IMG/VR virus record: IMGVR_UViG_3300025881_000006
Location: 79,324-143,323 of that record
From: a virus
Reading direction: 5' to 3' (one strand)
DNA: 64,000 bases
The notes under the pieces are model-generated. The model was not told where the DNA came from. It was given only the letters and a program-made list of their open reading frames with translations, and ran no database searches. Positions 36,309-45,960 of the stretch are shown one piece after another (position 1 is the stretch's first letter; each line of letters starts with the position of its first letter). Made by a program: the position numbers and the translations under genes.

Positions 36309-37583
36309 TTACACTATAGCCTTTGTCAAGTCTACCTTTGCGGTTAGTAATGCTTTGCCGTGGAAGGCGGCGAGAAACAATGATAGGAAGGCACTACCTA
36401 CGTTTACTGCTAGTAGGGATAAAGCTTTCTCATTGTCTGATATCTCATCACCCATACACACTTTACAGTAATCGGTAAACTTCACCTTACAACTCATAGG
36501 ACTACGCAACACAATAGCCTTACCAATATATCCCTTCAAGTTAGCTTCAGTTAACGATACCTTAGTATCCTCTACGGTAAACCTACCCACAAACATTTTG
36601 TAGTTATCCGCATCGATTAGAAATGGAATACCCACTTTATCCTTACAATCATCTTCAGAGATAAAGCTGTTTTGGAATACACGAGAGATAGCCTTCACCG
36701 CTTCACCACCTAATGCAGTCTGTGCACCACGAGAGAAACTACCATCACGCAATGAGTTGATAAGGGTAGGTAAGTTCTCTGGGTCCCAACCTTCTTGTAA
36801 CGAAGTAGGTACTACATCAATCTTAGTCTCATCACTAAAGGCAGTTTCACCACCATGCATCAGGTGAGAACGCTTACGAGTAACGTTAAAAGACTTGTCT
36901 GCTTTATAGAACCCTTCAGAGATATCACCTTTAATAAAAGCTCTATCCATTTCAATTAGCTCTTGCTCTATCTTAGAGACAACCGCAGGGTCATGTAACT
37001 CGTCTTTATGCAATTCTAAGAGCTCTTTCTTACGCACAGCGATGTTAGGGTCGGTAGTAACGCTCTTAGCGCTCGCTGAAGGCACACACAGCTGCGTTAG
37101 AGATGAGAGGAAGTAAGACTGACGGTAATACAGTTTAAGCTCCTCTACAGTGATTACATCGTCTTTCAGTAATCTAGCAATAGAGTCGTTAATCTGCTTG
37201 ATACTCCACATTTCATTCATGTAAGCTAACTTATCACCAAACGAATGTGCAATGACCATAGCGTTAGCTAATGCTCTGCCGTAAGTAGTTACTATCTTAC
37301 TCTTAACGTTTGCCATGTCTCCTGATTCGAGAGTCAGTTCTGCTGCTAATTTAATTGTAGCTTCATTAGTAACCACGCCTGTAATGGAAAAGGGTTCACC
37401 GGTTTCACTAATGTAACCAATTTCACCGTCGTGTAATGTCACTAACTGACCCACGTAAGGTTCAGGGTTTTTACCTAAAGGTACTGGATTAGATTGTGTA
37501 AAGGCAGTGAAGCACCACTCTTTACGATTATAACACTCATTATTCATTGCAAAGAGAAAGTACTCTCGTAACGATAATATCAT
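36309..37583 (-). CDS. virion RNA polymerase beta-prime middle subunit (phiKZ gp80-like)
   Basis: RDGSFSRG..TALGG, SEDDC, LRSP.SC....CKVCMG zinc site. Confidence 0.88.
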   Translation of the reverse strand: MILSLREYFLFAMNNECYNRKEWCFTAFTQSNPVPLGKNPEPYVGQLVTLHDGEIGYISETGEPFSITGVVTNEATIKLAAELTLESGDMANVKSKIVTTYGRALANAMVIAHSFGDKLAYMNEMWSIKQINDSIARLLKDDVITVEELKLYYRQSYFLSSLTQLCVPSASAKSVTTDPNIAVRKKELLELHKDELHDPAVVSKIEQELIEMDRAFIKGDISEGFYKADKSFNVTRKRSHLMHGGETAFSDETKIDVVPTSLQEGWDPENLPTLINSLRDGSFSRGAQTALGGEAVKAISRVFQNSFISEDDCKDKVGIPFLIDADNYKMFVGRFTVEDTKVSLTEANLKGYIGKAIVLRSPMSCKVKFTDYCKVCMGDEISDNEKALSLLAVNVGSAFLSLFLAAFHGKALLTAKVDLTKAIV

Positions 37584-38473
37584 TTAAATTCCCCTTGGTA
37601 GTTAGCACGATATATATTACTAACCGCCATAATTTGTTTATCATCACTTACGTTAGTATTAAGTAACGTAGTGGCAAACCCATCTAACATGGTATTGGTC
37701 ACATCTGAGATAACCACTAATGCAAATAACTCTCTGGTAAAGGCGTCGTAATCTTCAGCATCAAGCAGTGCGTATAGGCTATCCTTTAAATGTAACCATA
37801 ACGTAGTAGCGGGCGTTCCAAAGCTACCACCTGATTTAAGGAAGTCATTAATCAACGTAGAGGTAGCTGCAATGGCATGTCCATTAAAGCGGTTCATGGC
37901 GTGTTGTTTAAACCCATCACCAATCACGTTTAATACATCACCTCTAGGAATGACACCACCGGGTGCTTCTGTTTCTTTAACGGTGCGAAGTATAGCCTCC
38001 ACTAACGAATAGTCTACATCTTCAATAGCCTGACTAACCTTCATTCCCGTGATAGTATCATCAACATCAGCTACGAGCTCCACTAGCAGTCCTATGGCAA
38101 AAGGAAGGTCGTTCTCATTCCCTTCTAGAATATCTTCTATGTCCGCTGCTGCATCTATATAAGGTATAGTAATCAGGGTGTGAAGGATGGCCACGTATAT
38201 ATGTAAATTAGGCTCTTCATCTTTATTCATGATTAACCCATGACTAAGGAGTAAGTTCTCCATGTACTGGGTGTGTAATATATGCAGTTCGGTATATAAC
38301 CAATCTGTACCTTTTTGATCTGCTTGTGATACTAAACCATCAACTTGTTCTTCATAAGCAGGCAGCTTCAACTCAAAGAAGATTTTGTTCATGTCAATGT
38401 AAAGTTGTGCTCTTCCATCTGGCATTGCCGAGATAAGTGCATCAGCATTTGTTCTAAATTTAGTCGTTAACAT
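37580..38473 (-). CDS. conserved phiKZ-like protein (probable virion)
   Basis: 297-aa helical ORF coupled by an ATGA overlap to the vRNAP gene. Confidence 0.6.
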   Translation of the reverse strand: MLTTKFRTNADALISAMPDGRAQLYIDMNKIFFELKLPAYEEQVDGLVSQADQKGTDWLYTELHILHTQYMENLLLSHGLIMNKDEEPNLHIYVAILHTLITIPYIDAAADIEDILEGNENDLPFAIGLLVELVADVDDTITGMKVSQAIEDVDYSLVEAILRTVKETEAPGGVIPRGDVLNVIGDGFKQHAMNRFNGHAIAATSTLINDFLKSGGSFGTPATTLWLHLKDSLYALLDAEDYDAFTRELFALVVISDVTNTMLDGFATTLLNTNVSDDKQIMAVSNIYRANYQGEFK

Positions 38474-38572
38474 GTCAAGACCCTTTGTTCTATTGTTTTT
38501 TTATACACAAACTTCGTAACTATGAAGACTTATGCCACTCATAAATTTAACGGATAGGAATATATTTTAATT

Positions 38573-39154
38573 ATGGCCACCAACAAAAGTAAACCCAGAA
38601 AGACAAGAAAGAAGGCTACTCCTGTAAAACCGGCAGTAGATGGCTGGGCAAGCCTTAAAGAGTTACACGCGGCAGCCCAAGGTCTAGTTATCGAGGCTAG
38701 TAAGGTCAGTCTCATTTATCGTGATGGTGCTACTATTAAGACTATCCCAAGTCATAACATCAAAGAGTTTAATATCCAAGGCGAGATACTACTTCGCGAT
38801 ATGAAGCAGCTAACACAGCGCCTAACTGCTATTAAAGACAAGCACATTAACATCGACCCTATTAAAGATGATGTTGATTGTAATATGTTGGCCATTATGA
38901 TTGGCGACGAATACAGTCGTTGGATGGCGGATTGGACATCAGTAGTACCTGTGACTATCACTAAGATATTTGCACTATTACCAGACCCAAGTGGTAGTAA
39001 TAAAGTAGCCCCAGCTGCTAACCTACCTACCAGTGGTCCTACTAATTCATTTGGCGAAGCAGAACGTCCATCTGGACCACGTCCATTGGCACAAAAACAA
39101 CCATCGATGAAACCATCGGACCTAATGGCTATGGCCAAAGGTAAGAAGAAATAA
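38573..39154 (+). CDS. hypothetical protein
   Basis: Basic N-terminus, coiled helices, low-complexity tail. Confidence 0.7.
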   Translation: MATNKSKPRKTRKKATPVKPAVDGWASLKELHAAAQGLVIEASKVSLIYRDGATIKTIPSHNIKEFNIQGEILLRDMKQLTQRLTAIKDKHINIDPIKDDVDCNMLAIMIGDEYSRWMADWTSVVPVTITKIFALLPDPSGSNKVAPAANLPTSGPTNSFGEAERPSGPRPLAQKQPSMKPSDLMAMAKGKKK

Positions 39155-39163
39155 GGAACTGTG

Positions 39164-40750
39164 ATGTCAGATGATAAGATTGATGATAATGGGAATGAAG
39201 AAGTCGTTCCCACTACCGATACGGAATCTCTACAGACTGAAGAGACTAAACCAGCTAAGGGTAAGTTGAACGAAGAAGACCATGTTGAACAAACCGAAGA
39301 CGCTTCAGAACCTGACATGACTCGCGGTGTTAACTTTGTAATTGATAGTCCTATCTTTGGCCCTGAAAAAGACGGCGCTCCTAAAGAAGACTTCTATCGT
39401 CTACCTATCCCTAGTATGACACTAGATGATTACGACGAGATGATTGCAAACGTACCACGTGTTGAAGCGGGTCGTTCTGAAGAAACGCAGATATGGCGTG
39501 AGCTATTGGAAACTGCTGCCTCTAACATCACAGCTTCTCGTGACCTTGGTGGTTCTATATTCGAAAGGGTATTGGATAATCCAGCTGCTGATTTTAGACA
39601 ATACGTTAATAGTGAAGAAGGTAGATTAAATGCCAGTCGTCCTAGTATTGCCAATAAGACACCCGGCAAGAAGTTAACAGGTCAAGCTGCTGTATTAAAA
39701 GCACAAGCTTTAATGGGATTGGGGACTATCATTCAAGTTCCTTTATGGCACTCTGGTATCTGGATTAGTATTAAGGCACCCTCTGAGTCTGACATATTAG
39801 AACTTGACCAACGTATTGCTACTGAGAAAGCTGAATTAGGTCGTCGTAGTAATGGTGTGGCATTCTCTAATGCTAACGTATACATCAAGAACTATCTGTT
39901 TAACTTCATCATGGCGCGTGTTTATGATTGTAGTTTGAAAGATTGGACGCCTGATAAGCTACGTGAAACCATTCTAATTACCGACTTCCCATTGTTAGTT
40001 TGGGGTACACTTTGTACAATGTATACTAACGGATATCCGTATAGTCGTCCTTGTATAAACGATACCATGGATTGTCAGCATGTATTGCGTGAAACTATTA
40101 ACGTCCACAAGATGCTTTGGACTGATAACAATGCCATGTCTGAGACGCAGAAGAAGTTCATGTCTAAGCGTAATGTTAAAGTCACACCTGAAGATATAGT
40201 TAAGTATCAAGACGGTTTCGATTTTAAAGACATGAAGGGTGTTGAAATTGGTAACTCTACCTTTGTAGATTTACGTGTACCAACTATCGACCAGTATTTA
40301 ACTACAGGTATGCGTTGGGTGGATAACATCGAAGCGGTGTTTAATAATTCACTAAACAAAGACCTTAAAGGTAATGCTCGTCGTGATTACTTAGCCAATC
40401 AAAGTAAACTTACCTTACTTGTTCAATATGTACACTATATTAAACGGGTGTACTGGGGTGAAGATGCTAGTGATGGTGAAGTGGTAGAGCGTGACCGTGA
40501 AACTATTGAAGACTTGTTCGAAACCTTCTCTAGAGATGAGAAAGTAACTGAACGTGTATTAGAAGTGGCTCGTGGTGTAATAGATAGAACTACATTTAGT
40601 TTGACTGCTATTCCCACTTACAAGTGTCCTTCTTGTAATCACTTTCAATCGGACATTTCAGAGAAGTATCCTGAACTGATCCCTATCGAGGTGGATCAAG
40701 CTTTTTTTATCCTCACCAAACAAAGGCTGTACCAGATGATAAGTCGGTAA
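39164..40750 (+). CDS. conserved phiKZ-like protein, candidate tail assembly chaperone (G-like, zero frame), 528 aa
   Basis: LWHSGIW...KAP, C....C, YKCPSC; slippery T7 run 14 codons before the stop. Confidence 0.6.
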   Translation: MSDDKIDDNGNEEVVPTTDTESLQTEETKPAKGKLNEEDHVEQTEDASEPDMTRGVNFVIDSPIFGPEKDGAPKEDFYRLPIPSMTLDDYDEMIANVPRVEAGRSEETQIWRELLETAASNITASRDLGGSIFERVLDNPAADFRQYVNSEEGRLNASRPSIANKTPGKKLTGQAAVLKAQALMGLGTIIQVPLWHSGIWISIKAPSESDILELDQRIATEKAELGRRSNGVAFSNANVYIKNYLFNFIMARVYDCSLKDWTPDKLRETILITDFPLLVWGTLCTMYTNGYPYSRPCINDTMDCQHVLRETINVHKMLWTDNNAMSETQKKFMSKRNVKVTPEDIVKYQDGFDFKDMKGVEIGNSTFVDLRVPTIDQYLTTGMRWVDNIEAVFNNSLNKDLKGNARRDYLANQSKLTLLVQYVHYIKRVYWGEDASDGEVVERDRETIEDLFETFSRDEKVTERVLEVARGVIDRTTFSLTAIPTYKCPSCNHFQSDISEKYPELIPIEVDQAFFILTKQRLYQMISR

Positions 40751-40763
40751 GGTCTACAGGTGA
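40688..40763 (+). promoter_or_regulatory. putative -1 programmed ribosomal frameshift signal (GAGGTG ... T TTT TTT ... stem)
   Basis: T7 at 40702-40708 in X XXY YYZ phase; -1 frame open 40675-41160; SD-like 40688-40693; CTGTA/TACAG and TCAC/GTGA pairings downstream. Confidence 0.7.
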
Positions 40764-41160
40764 TGTCGCTGCGTCTAGCTTTGGATTGAAGGTACCTCCT
40801 GATAACGATATCAATCGGCTATTAGAAGAGATGCCTAAGTTATCGCCCATGATGGCTCAGATAGCTTTAAGTGAAGCGTACGATATTGCCTACGGTATTT
40901 TTAATCACGATGCAGCTCCAGACCGACCGCTATCAATCATTGCCCATCACCCTAGTGAGGATGTGGTAACCAACGGACCGTTACGTCAACGTATCTATCG
41001 GTTTATTAAGTTTGATATTAGTGATCGATGTGGATTGTCATTGATGGAGTTCTTAGCATTACCTCGTGACCATGTTGAAATGATAATGAAGATAACGCAA
41101 GACATTATCCAAAAAGAGATGGAAGTGCAGGAAAATGCTACTAGTACTACTAAAAAATGA
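40708..41160 (+). CDS. -1 frame extension (GT-like part); the ORF track calls only TTG 40786
   Basis: No ATG or RBS before TTG 40786; frame open from 40675; CGLSLMEFLALP resembles the short helical T domain of tail chaperones. Confidence 0.65.
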   Translation, partial: YPHQTKAVPDDKSVRSTGDVAASSFGLKVPPDNDINRLLEEMPKLSPMMAQIALSEAYDIAYGIFNHDAAPDRPLSIIAHHPSEDVVTNGPLRQRIYRFIKFDISDRCGLSLMEFLALPRDHVEMIMKITQDIIQKEMEVQENATSTTKK

Positions 41161-41184
41161 TAATACCTAACCCCGGAGAATGAA

Positions 41185-41643
41185 ATGACTATTAAGTTAT
41201 TGGAAGGGGATATCTTTTCCTTTACCAATGCTGTATTAGTCGTTCCTGTTAATACCGTAGGTGCAATGGGTAGTGGTCTTGCTTATCCCTTTAGAGAAAG
41301 GTACCCACTTATGTATAATCGTTATCAGGCTCACTGTAGGTCTGGTAAGCTTAAGATAGGTAACCTTTGGCTCTGTACAGCGTATGGAGATGTGGAGATA
41401 TTGTGTTTCCCTACTAAAGAGGATTGGCGAGACCCTGCCCGCCTGTATTATGTTAAGATGGGCTTAGAGAAGTTTGTAAGAGAACACAAAAGGTTCTTAG
41501 GTAAGACAGTTGTCTTTCCGCCATTGGGTTGTGGACATGGGGGGTTGGCTGAGGCTGACGTGATACCTATCATGCAGCGTGTATTAAAACCAATTAGTCA
41601 TCGTGTCAACATTATTATATTGACCAAATGGAGGAGGGCATAG
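41185..41643 (+). CDS. macrodomain protein, DarG-like
   Basis: GDIF, PVNTVGAMGSGLA, FPTKEDWR, FPPLGCGHGGL. Confidence 0.88.
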   Translation: MTIKLLEGDIFSFTNAVLVVPVNTVGAMGSGLAYPFRERYPLMYNRYQAHCRSGKLKIGNLWLCTAYGDVEILCFPTKEDWRDPARLYYVKMGLEKFVREHKRFLGKTVVFPPLGCGHGGLAEADVIPIMQRVLKPISHRVNIIILTKWRRA

Positions 41644-42216
41644 ATGATTGCCTCTGATAAAACAATCAAAGAGTTAGTACGTGATTTCAATATGATATCA
41701 CCTTTCGTACCTGAGAGTGTTAATTACATTGAAGGTATGGGTAAGGTACCATCATTTGGTTTGTCATGTGCAGGATACGACGTACGTTTAGAACGTAACT
41801 TCAAGTTGTTCTGTAAACCACACATGGGTAAGGTCATTGATATCTTGGATTTTAAAGAAGATGACTTTTGCGAATCCTTTACTGCCGACTCTATTATTAT
41901 ACCACCCGGTGGTTTACTGCTAGGTAATACCGTAGAGTATTTCAAAATGCCTACTAATGTATTGGGTACGTGTGTGGGTAAGTCAACGTGGGCACGGTTG
42001 GGGGGTAGTGTATTAGTTACACCCCTTGAGCCCGGTTGGGAAGGTCAGTTGGTGGTTGAGATTACTAACGGTACTAATCATCCCTTGAAGATATATGCCG
42101 GAGTGGGTGTTGCACAGATACAGTTTGCACTTTTAGACCAAGAACCAGACATGCCTTATAATTCACGTAACGGTAAATATCAGGGTCAACGGGGTGTTCA
42201 GCGCAGCATTTTATAA
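41644..42216 (+). CDS. dcd: dCTP deaminase
   Basis: SFGLSCAGYDVR, GKSTWAR, TPLEPGWEG.L..E, YQGQ.GV. Confidence 0.93.
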   Translation: MIASDKTIKELVRDFNMISPFVPESVNYIEGMGKVPSFGLSCAGYDVRLERNFKLFCKPHMGKVIDILDFKEDDFCESFTADSIIIPPGGLLLGNTVEYFKMPTNVLGTCVGKSTWARLGGSVLVTPLEPGWEGQLVVEITNGTNHPLKIYAGVGVAQIQFALLDQEPDMPYNSRNGKYQGQRGVQRSIL

Positions 42217-42228
42217 CGGTAGGGAATC

Positions 42229-42426
42229 ATGTTATTAGTTGAGGCAGTAAGTCTAGGGATAAAGGAAAAACAATGTGATAGTTGTAAGCAGATTAAACCA
42301 TTGTCTTCTTTTGAAATAACCTACAGTCACCAGTTACGTGGTAAGCTACACGGTCACTGTTATACGTGTCGCATATTGACACTTGTTAACAACGTAGATG
42401 CTATAGTAAAACAGAAGAGGTCTTAG
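42229..42426 (+). CDS. small zinc-finger protein
   Basis: CDSC..IKPLSSF...CYTC. Confidence 0.55.
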   Translation: MLLVEAVSLGIKEKQCDSCKQIKPLSSFEITYSHQLRGKLHGHCYTCRILTLVNNVDAIVKQKRS

Positions 42427-42447
42427 GACTTCTTCTTACTATGCCGT
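42413..42447 (+). terminator. hairpin plus TATGCCGT, no U-tract
   Basis: AGAAGAGGTC/GGACTTCTTCT; motif at 42440. Confidence 0.7.
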
Positions 42448-42516
42448 CAGTGAGGTGTAGGTATATACATACCAACAACATGTTGTGACTATGGTAACTA
42501 ATAAAGGATAAGTGCT

Positions 42517-43944
42517 GTGAAACAAACATTGCGGTACCACATTATCCCTGATATTACACGGATACCCGCTTGGCGTATTGATAATTTATACACCGTTGAT
42601 AGACCCCACCGTCCATGTGGAGTAGATTGTGCAGAGGTATATATAAAAGTAAGGACTCAGGACTATCCTACCGCACCTCAGGGATATGTATTGGCAAAGT
42701 CTGATGTGTGTGCCTTTCAACGTAAAGGGTTGATACGTATTCTAAATCACGGTACACCGCAACGATATCTGAATACGGTATTCTACGCCATCTGGCTGAA
42801 AGATGATATCCATCAATACATTACAAGTAAATACATATTAACATTATTGGGAATCGAAGACATGAGTAATATATCTGTAGCTACCTTTGAAGGTTTATTA
42901 CAACTAAGGTCCTTAACTGGGATACTTCGTATATTTGACCATGGTTTATTAAATGGTAGGTCTGTACATACGTCTGAAACAAATTACGTAATTATACCAC
43001 AATCCCTACGTGAGTTTGATATTATATCTGACATTCTTAAATTAGAAGGGTTTTTAATTGAATCTACCTTTAATGATGCAAACTCTACTGCGTTATCCCT
43101 TAATGCGTTTAAAGTAATAGAAGGTATTTGTGAGGAGTTCGTTAGTATCCAGTGCAACGATAAAGACCTTGACATATCCCATTATTGCATGGATACCTAT
43201 AAAGCGCCACCAGTGGCACTACAGAAGCATCTAAAGGGTATTGAGTTGTCAGGTAAGGAGACGATTGATATTTCAGCGTTAGTTGGCTTCGATAAAGATG
43301 GCAATGGGGAGATAGATGATAGGGTTGTAGTCGCACCTAGTTATCCAGTCGATGACTCTTTCTACCCCTTTATAGATGAAAGTATTGATGAGTTAGTTGC
43401 AAACTTCAATACATCTAAGGATAACCTACTATTTCTAATAGGGCCACCGGGCACAGGTAAGACTACTCTATTACGAGAGATAGCCTTTAAAATGAATTCC
43501 ATTGGTAGGCAAGTCATTCACATATTCGGTGAGAAGACTTTACGACACGAAGGGTTTGATAAATACATCTCTACCATACCGGCTAATAGTTTGGTGTTAA
43601 TAGAGGACGCGGATTCACTATTGGCTAAACGTGCTGATGGTAATGAAGCAATGAGTACTTTGCTTAATGAAATAGACGGTATTAGCAGTAAGAATAATAA
43701 ATACATTGTCTCTACTAACCTACCTACGGTAAAGAGCGTTGATGAGGCTATCTTAAGAGTAGGTAGATGTTTCAAAGTAATCGAGTTTAGAACCTTGACC
43801 ACTAGTGAAATGGATTTAATCAATATAGCTAATCCAAATATTACCATACCGGCTACCGATAGAAATCTACCACTTAGTGAAATATTAAACAATAGAGTAA
43901 ACGAGTCAATCACTAAATCAGTTGGCTTTATTAATCGCAATTAG
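42517..43944 (+). CDS. AAA+ ATPase
   Basis: Walker A GPPGTGKT, Walker B LIEDAD, sensor STN, arginine finger LRVGR; alternative start at 42862. Confidence 0.85.
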   Translation: MKQTLRYHIIPDITRIPAWRIDNLYTVDRPHRPCGVDCAEVYIKVRTQDYPTAPQGYVLAKSDVCAFQRKGLIRILNHGTPQRYLNTVFYAIWLKDDIHQYITSKYILTLLGIEDMSNISVATFEGLLQLRSLTGILRIFDHGLLNGRSVHTSETNYVIIPQSLREFDIISDILKLEGFLIESTFNDANSTALSLNAFKVIEGICEEFVSIQCNDKDLDISHYCMDTYKAPPVALQKHLKGIELSGKETIDISALVGFDKDGNGEIDDRVVVAPSYPVDDSFYPFIDESIDELVANFNTSKDNLLFLIGPPGTGKTTLLREIAFKMNSIGRQVIHIFGEKTLRHEGFDKYISTIPANSLVLIEDADSLLAKRADGNEAMSTLLNEIDGISSKNNKYIVSTNLPTVKSVDEAILRVGRCFKVIEFRTLTTSEMDLINIANPNITIPATDRNLPLSEILNNRVNESITKSVGFINRN

Positions 43945-43954
43945 GACACACACA

Positions 43955-44494
43955 ATGCCATATTACCCCACTCCTGTAGTTGGAATAGTCGCCATGGATA
44001 ATAACCGTGGTATTGGATTTAAAGATAGCTTACCATGGAGATTGTCTGAAGACTTAATACGCTTTAAGACCCTTACGCATAACTGTCCGTTGATAATGGG
44101 TAGAAAGACATACGAGTCTATAGGTAAACCACTACCCGGCAGGCAGACTATAGTACTAAGTCGTAATCCTAAGTTAGTATTAGGCGCAGAGGTATTTGTA
44201 GTTAACACGGTAGCCAAAGCTTTAGAGCTAGCCAGTATGTGTGCGGTAATGATGAAAAGCAACGCTATTTTTATTGCAGGTGGTAACGAGATATACTTAG
44301 CTTTTAAGGATGAAATAGAAAGGTTCTTAGTCACCCATGTCACACCTATTAATGGTAATGACTTTGAATGCGATACGCACTTAGACCCTGACGTGTTAAC
44401 CGATTTCGAAGCGGGTGAATGTACAACCTTAGCTATTTCTGAAAGGGGCGATATTAAATATGCCTATGAGGACTTCAATCGCACTAGGCGGTGA
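43955..44494 (+). CDS. folA: dihydrofolate reductase
   Basis: IVAMD.NRGIG..LPWRL.ED..RFK, IMGRKTYESIG.PLPGR, IAGG. Confidence 0.95.
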   Translation: MPYYPTPVVGIVAMDNNRGIGFKDSLPWRLSEDLIRFKTLTHNCPLIMGRKTYESIGKPLPGRQTIVLSRNPKLVLGAEVFVVNTVAKALELASMCAVMMKSNAIFIAGGNEIYLAFKDEIERFLVTHVTPINGNDFECDTHLDPDVLTDFEAGECTTLAISERGDIKYAYEDFNRTRR

Positions 44495-44553
44495 TTGGCA
44501 ACGTCTGTAAGTGCCATTTTATAGAGTAACTGCAATAACAAGGATACTGTATT

Positions 44554-45885
44554 ATGACTCCAGAGTTAATAAGACAACGTAGAAATAAGACCACTGCGTT
44601 ACTACATCAACAATGCACGGCCTTAACAGTCTCCTATGAGGATATTGATAAAGATTATTCTAGAATTGATAATCTTTATAACGGTATCCTTTCATTAGAA
44701 GCCATTCTCGATCACATGCCCAGTCTGGAAGATGTGGGTGATGTTGAAAATACTATTATCGCTAACGTCCTACAGTATCAGGAGCGTACATTAGGCTTAG
44801 AGAGTATTGACATTATTTCGTTAGAATCTATTCGTAGTAGATTAAAAGAAGTTTGGAAGATGCTAGTAAAGGATATTGGTAATGTAATGAAGAAGGTAGC
44901 CATGTGGTCCACTAGTATGACTAGGACTCTACCTGCCATCCGTACTCATGCCAATACGATGCTTGACCAAGCTGGTGGTTTAAGTGAAATAAAGGGAGAG
45001 GTTACCCTATCGGGACAGCTCTCTTATCTCAAATCCACACCTAGTGATAAATTAAACGTGACAGAAGGTGTAAGGGAGTTCATGACTACCTTACGTGAAT
45101 TCTTAGTGTTAGACAGTACTACTAATATTGCAAATGCTAAAACCACATCTTCTTTAATGAAGGATTCACCTAAGGTATATAGTGGTGAGAACCTCAACGT
45201 AAATCCTGACGCTATTAAACACGTAGAAAAGTTATTGACGGCCAGTGGTTTAGATAAAAAGATTGATTCACGTACACCACCACCGGGACCTTGGAAACGT
45301 GCTGCGGTTATTAAAGGAATAAGTAATAGTAATACAGTAACGTTTGTGTATGACGATAAACCACTACTAGGTGGGCGCATTGCTGTCTATCGTTATCCTA
45401 ACATGGATGCTGCGAATCCAGATGCGTTATTGGAACATAAAGCTGTTACGTTGACTGACTATGTTCAAGCTGCTACTAGACGTATTAGAGGTTCGAAAGT
45501 AGGTATTACTGGTATTGGTCAGACTGGTCCTATGGCAGAGTCTAAGGTGACTGCACTCACACCTGATGAAATAGTCGTTACTTGTAATGGTGTCTTAGAG
45601 ATGTGTAACATGATAGAGACTTTTAATAGTCAGTATGGTGAAGTCTCTAAGATAAAAGAAGAGTTAGTCAAATCTGGTAATACTGCAATGGGTATCGTTA
45701 GTGATGACGACACTGATATGGTGCGCGGTAAGGTATCGGAGATGATGAGACACTTAGTAGTGTATCACAACGGGCGGGTTGATAAACCCTACATTCCCAT
45801 GGTGAACCATTGTATTAATGTAATTAGAAGTACACTATCGTACTGCGATAAGTCGTTACGTTTAGGTTATGACATTTCACAGTAA
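44554..45885 (+). CDS. internal head protein, phiKZ_IP-like paralog displaced from the main cluster
   Basis: SYE, SLE, GLE, SLE cleavage sites followed by a W-containing amphipathic helix, as in the 60832 and 62120 genes. Confidence 0.7.
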   Translation: MTPELIRQRRNKTTALLHQQCTALTVSYEDIDKDYSRIDNLYNGILSLEAILDHMPSLEDVGDVENTIIANVLQYQERTLGLESIDIISLESIRSRLKEVWKMLVKDIGNVMKKVAMWSTSMTRTLPAIRTHANTMLDQAGGLSEIKGEVTLSGQLSYLKSTPSDKLNVTEGVREFMTTLREFLVLDSTTNIANAKTTSSLMKDSPKVYSGENLNVNPDAIKHVEKLLTASGLDKKIDSRTPPPGPWKRAAVIKGISNSNTVTFVYDDKPLLGGRIAVYRYPNMDAANPDALLEHKAVTLTDYVQAATRRIRGSKVGITGIGQTGPMAESKVTALTPDEIVVTCNGVLEMCNMIETFNSQYGEVSKIKEELVKSGNTAMGIVSDDDTDMVRGKVSEMMRHLVVYHNGRVDKPYIPMVNHCINVIRSTLSYCDKSLRLGYDISQ

Positions 45886-45960
45886 ATCAATTGTGCCATG
45901 TTGGGTAGATTTACCCTTTTATATGAGCATGTTAATATAATCAATGAAGGATATTCTCAG

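Noticed and set aside
38752-39318. 188-aa minus-strand ORF and other antisense or nested ORFs (2475, 10346, 25491, 26312, 27781, 33759, 43518, 45024, 62488 and others)
   Set aside because: They overlap well-supported genes, lack an SD and show the S/L-rich composition of shadow frames.
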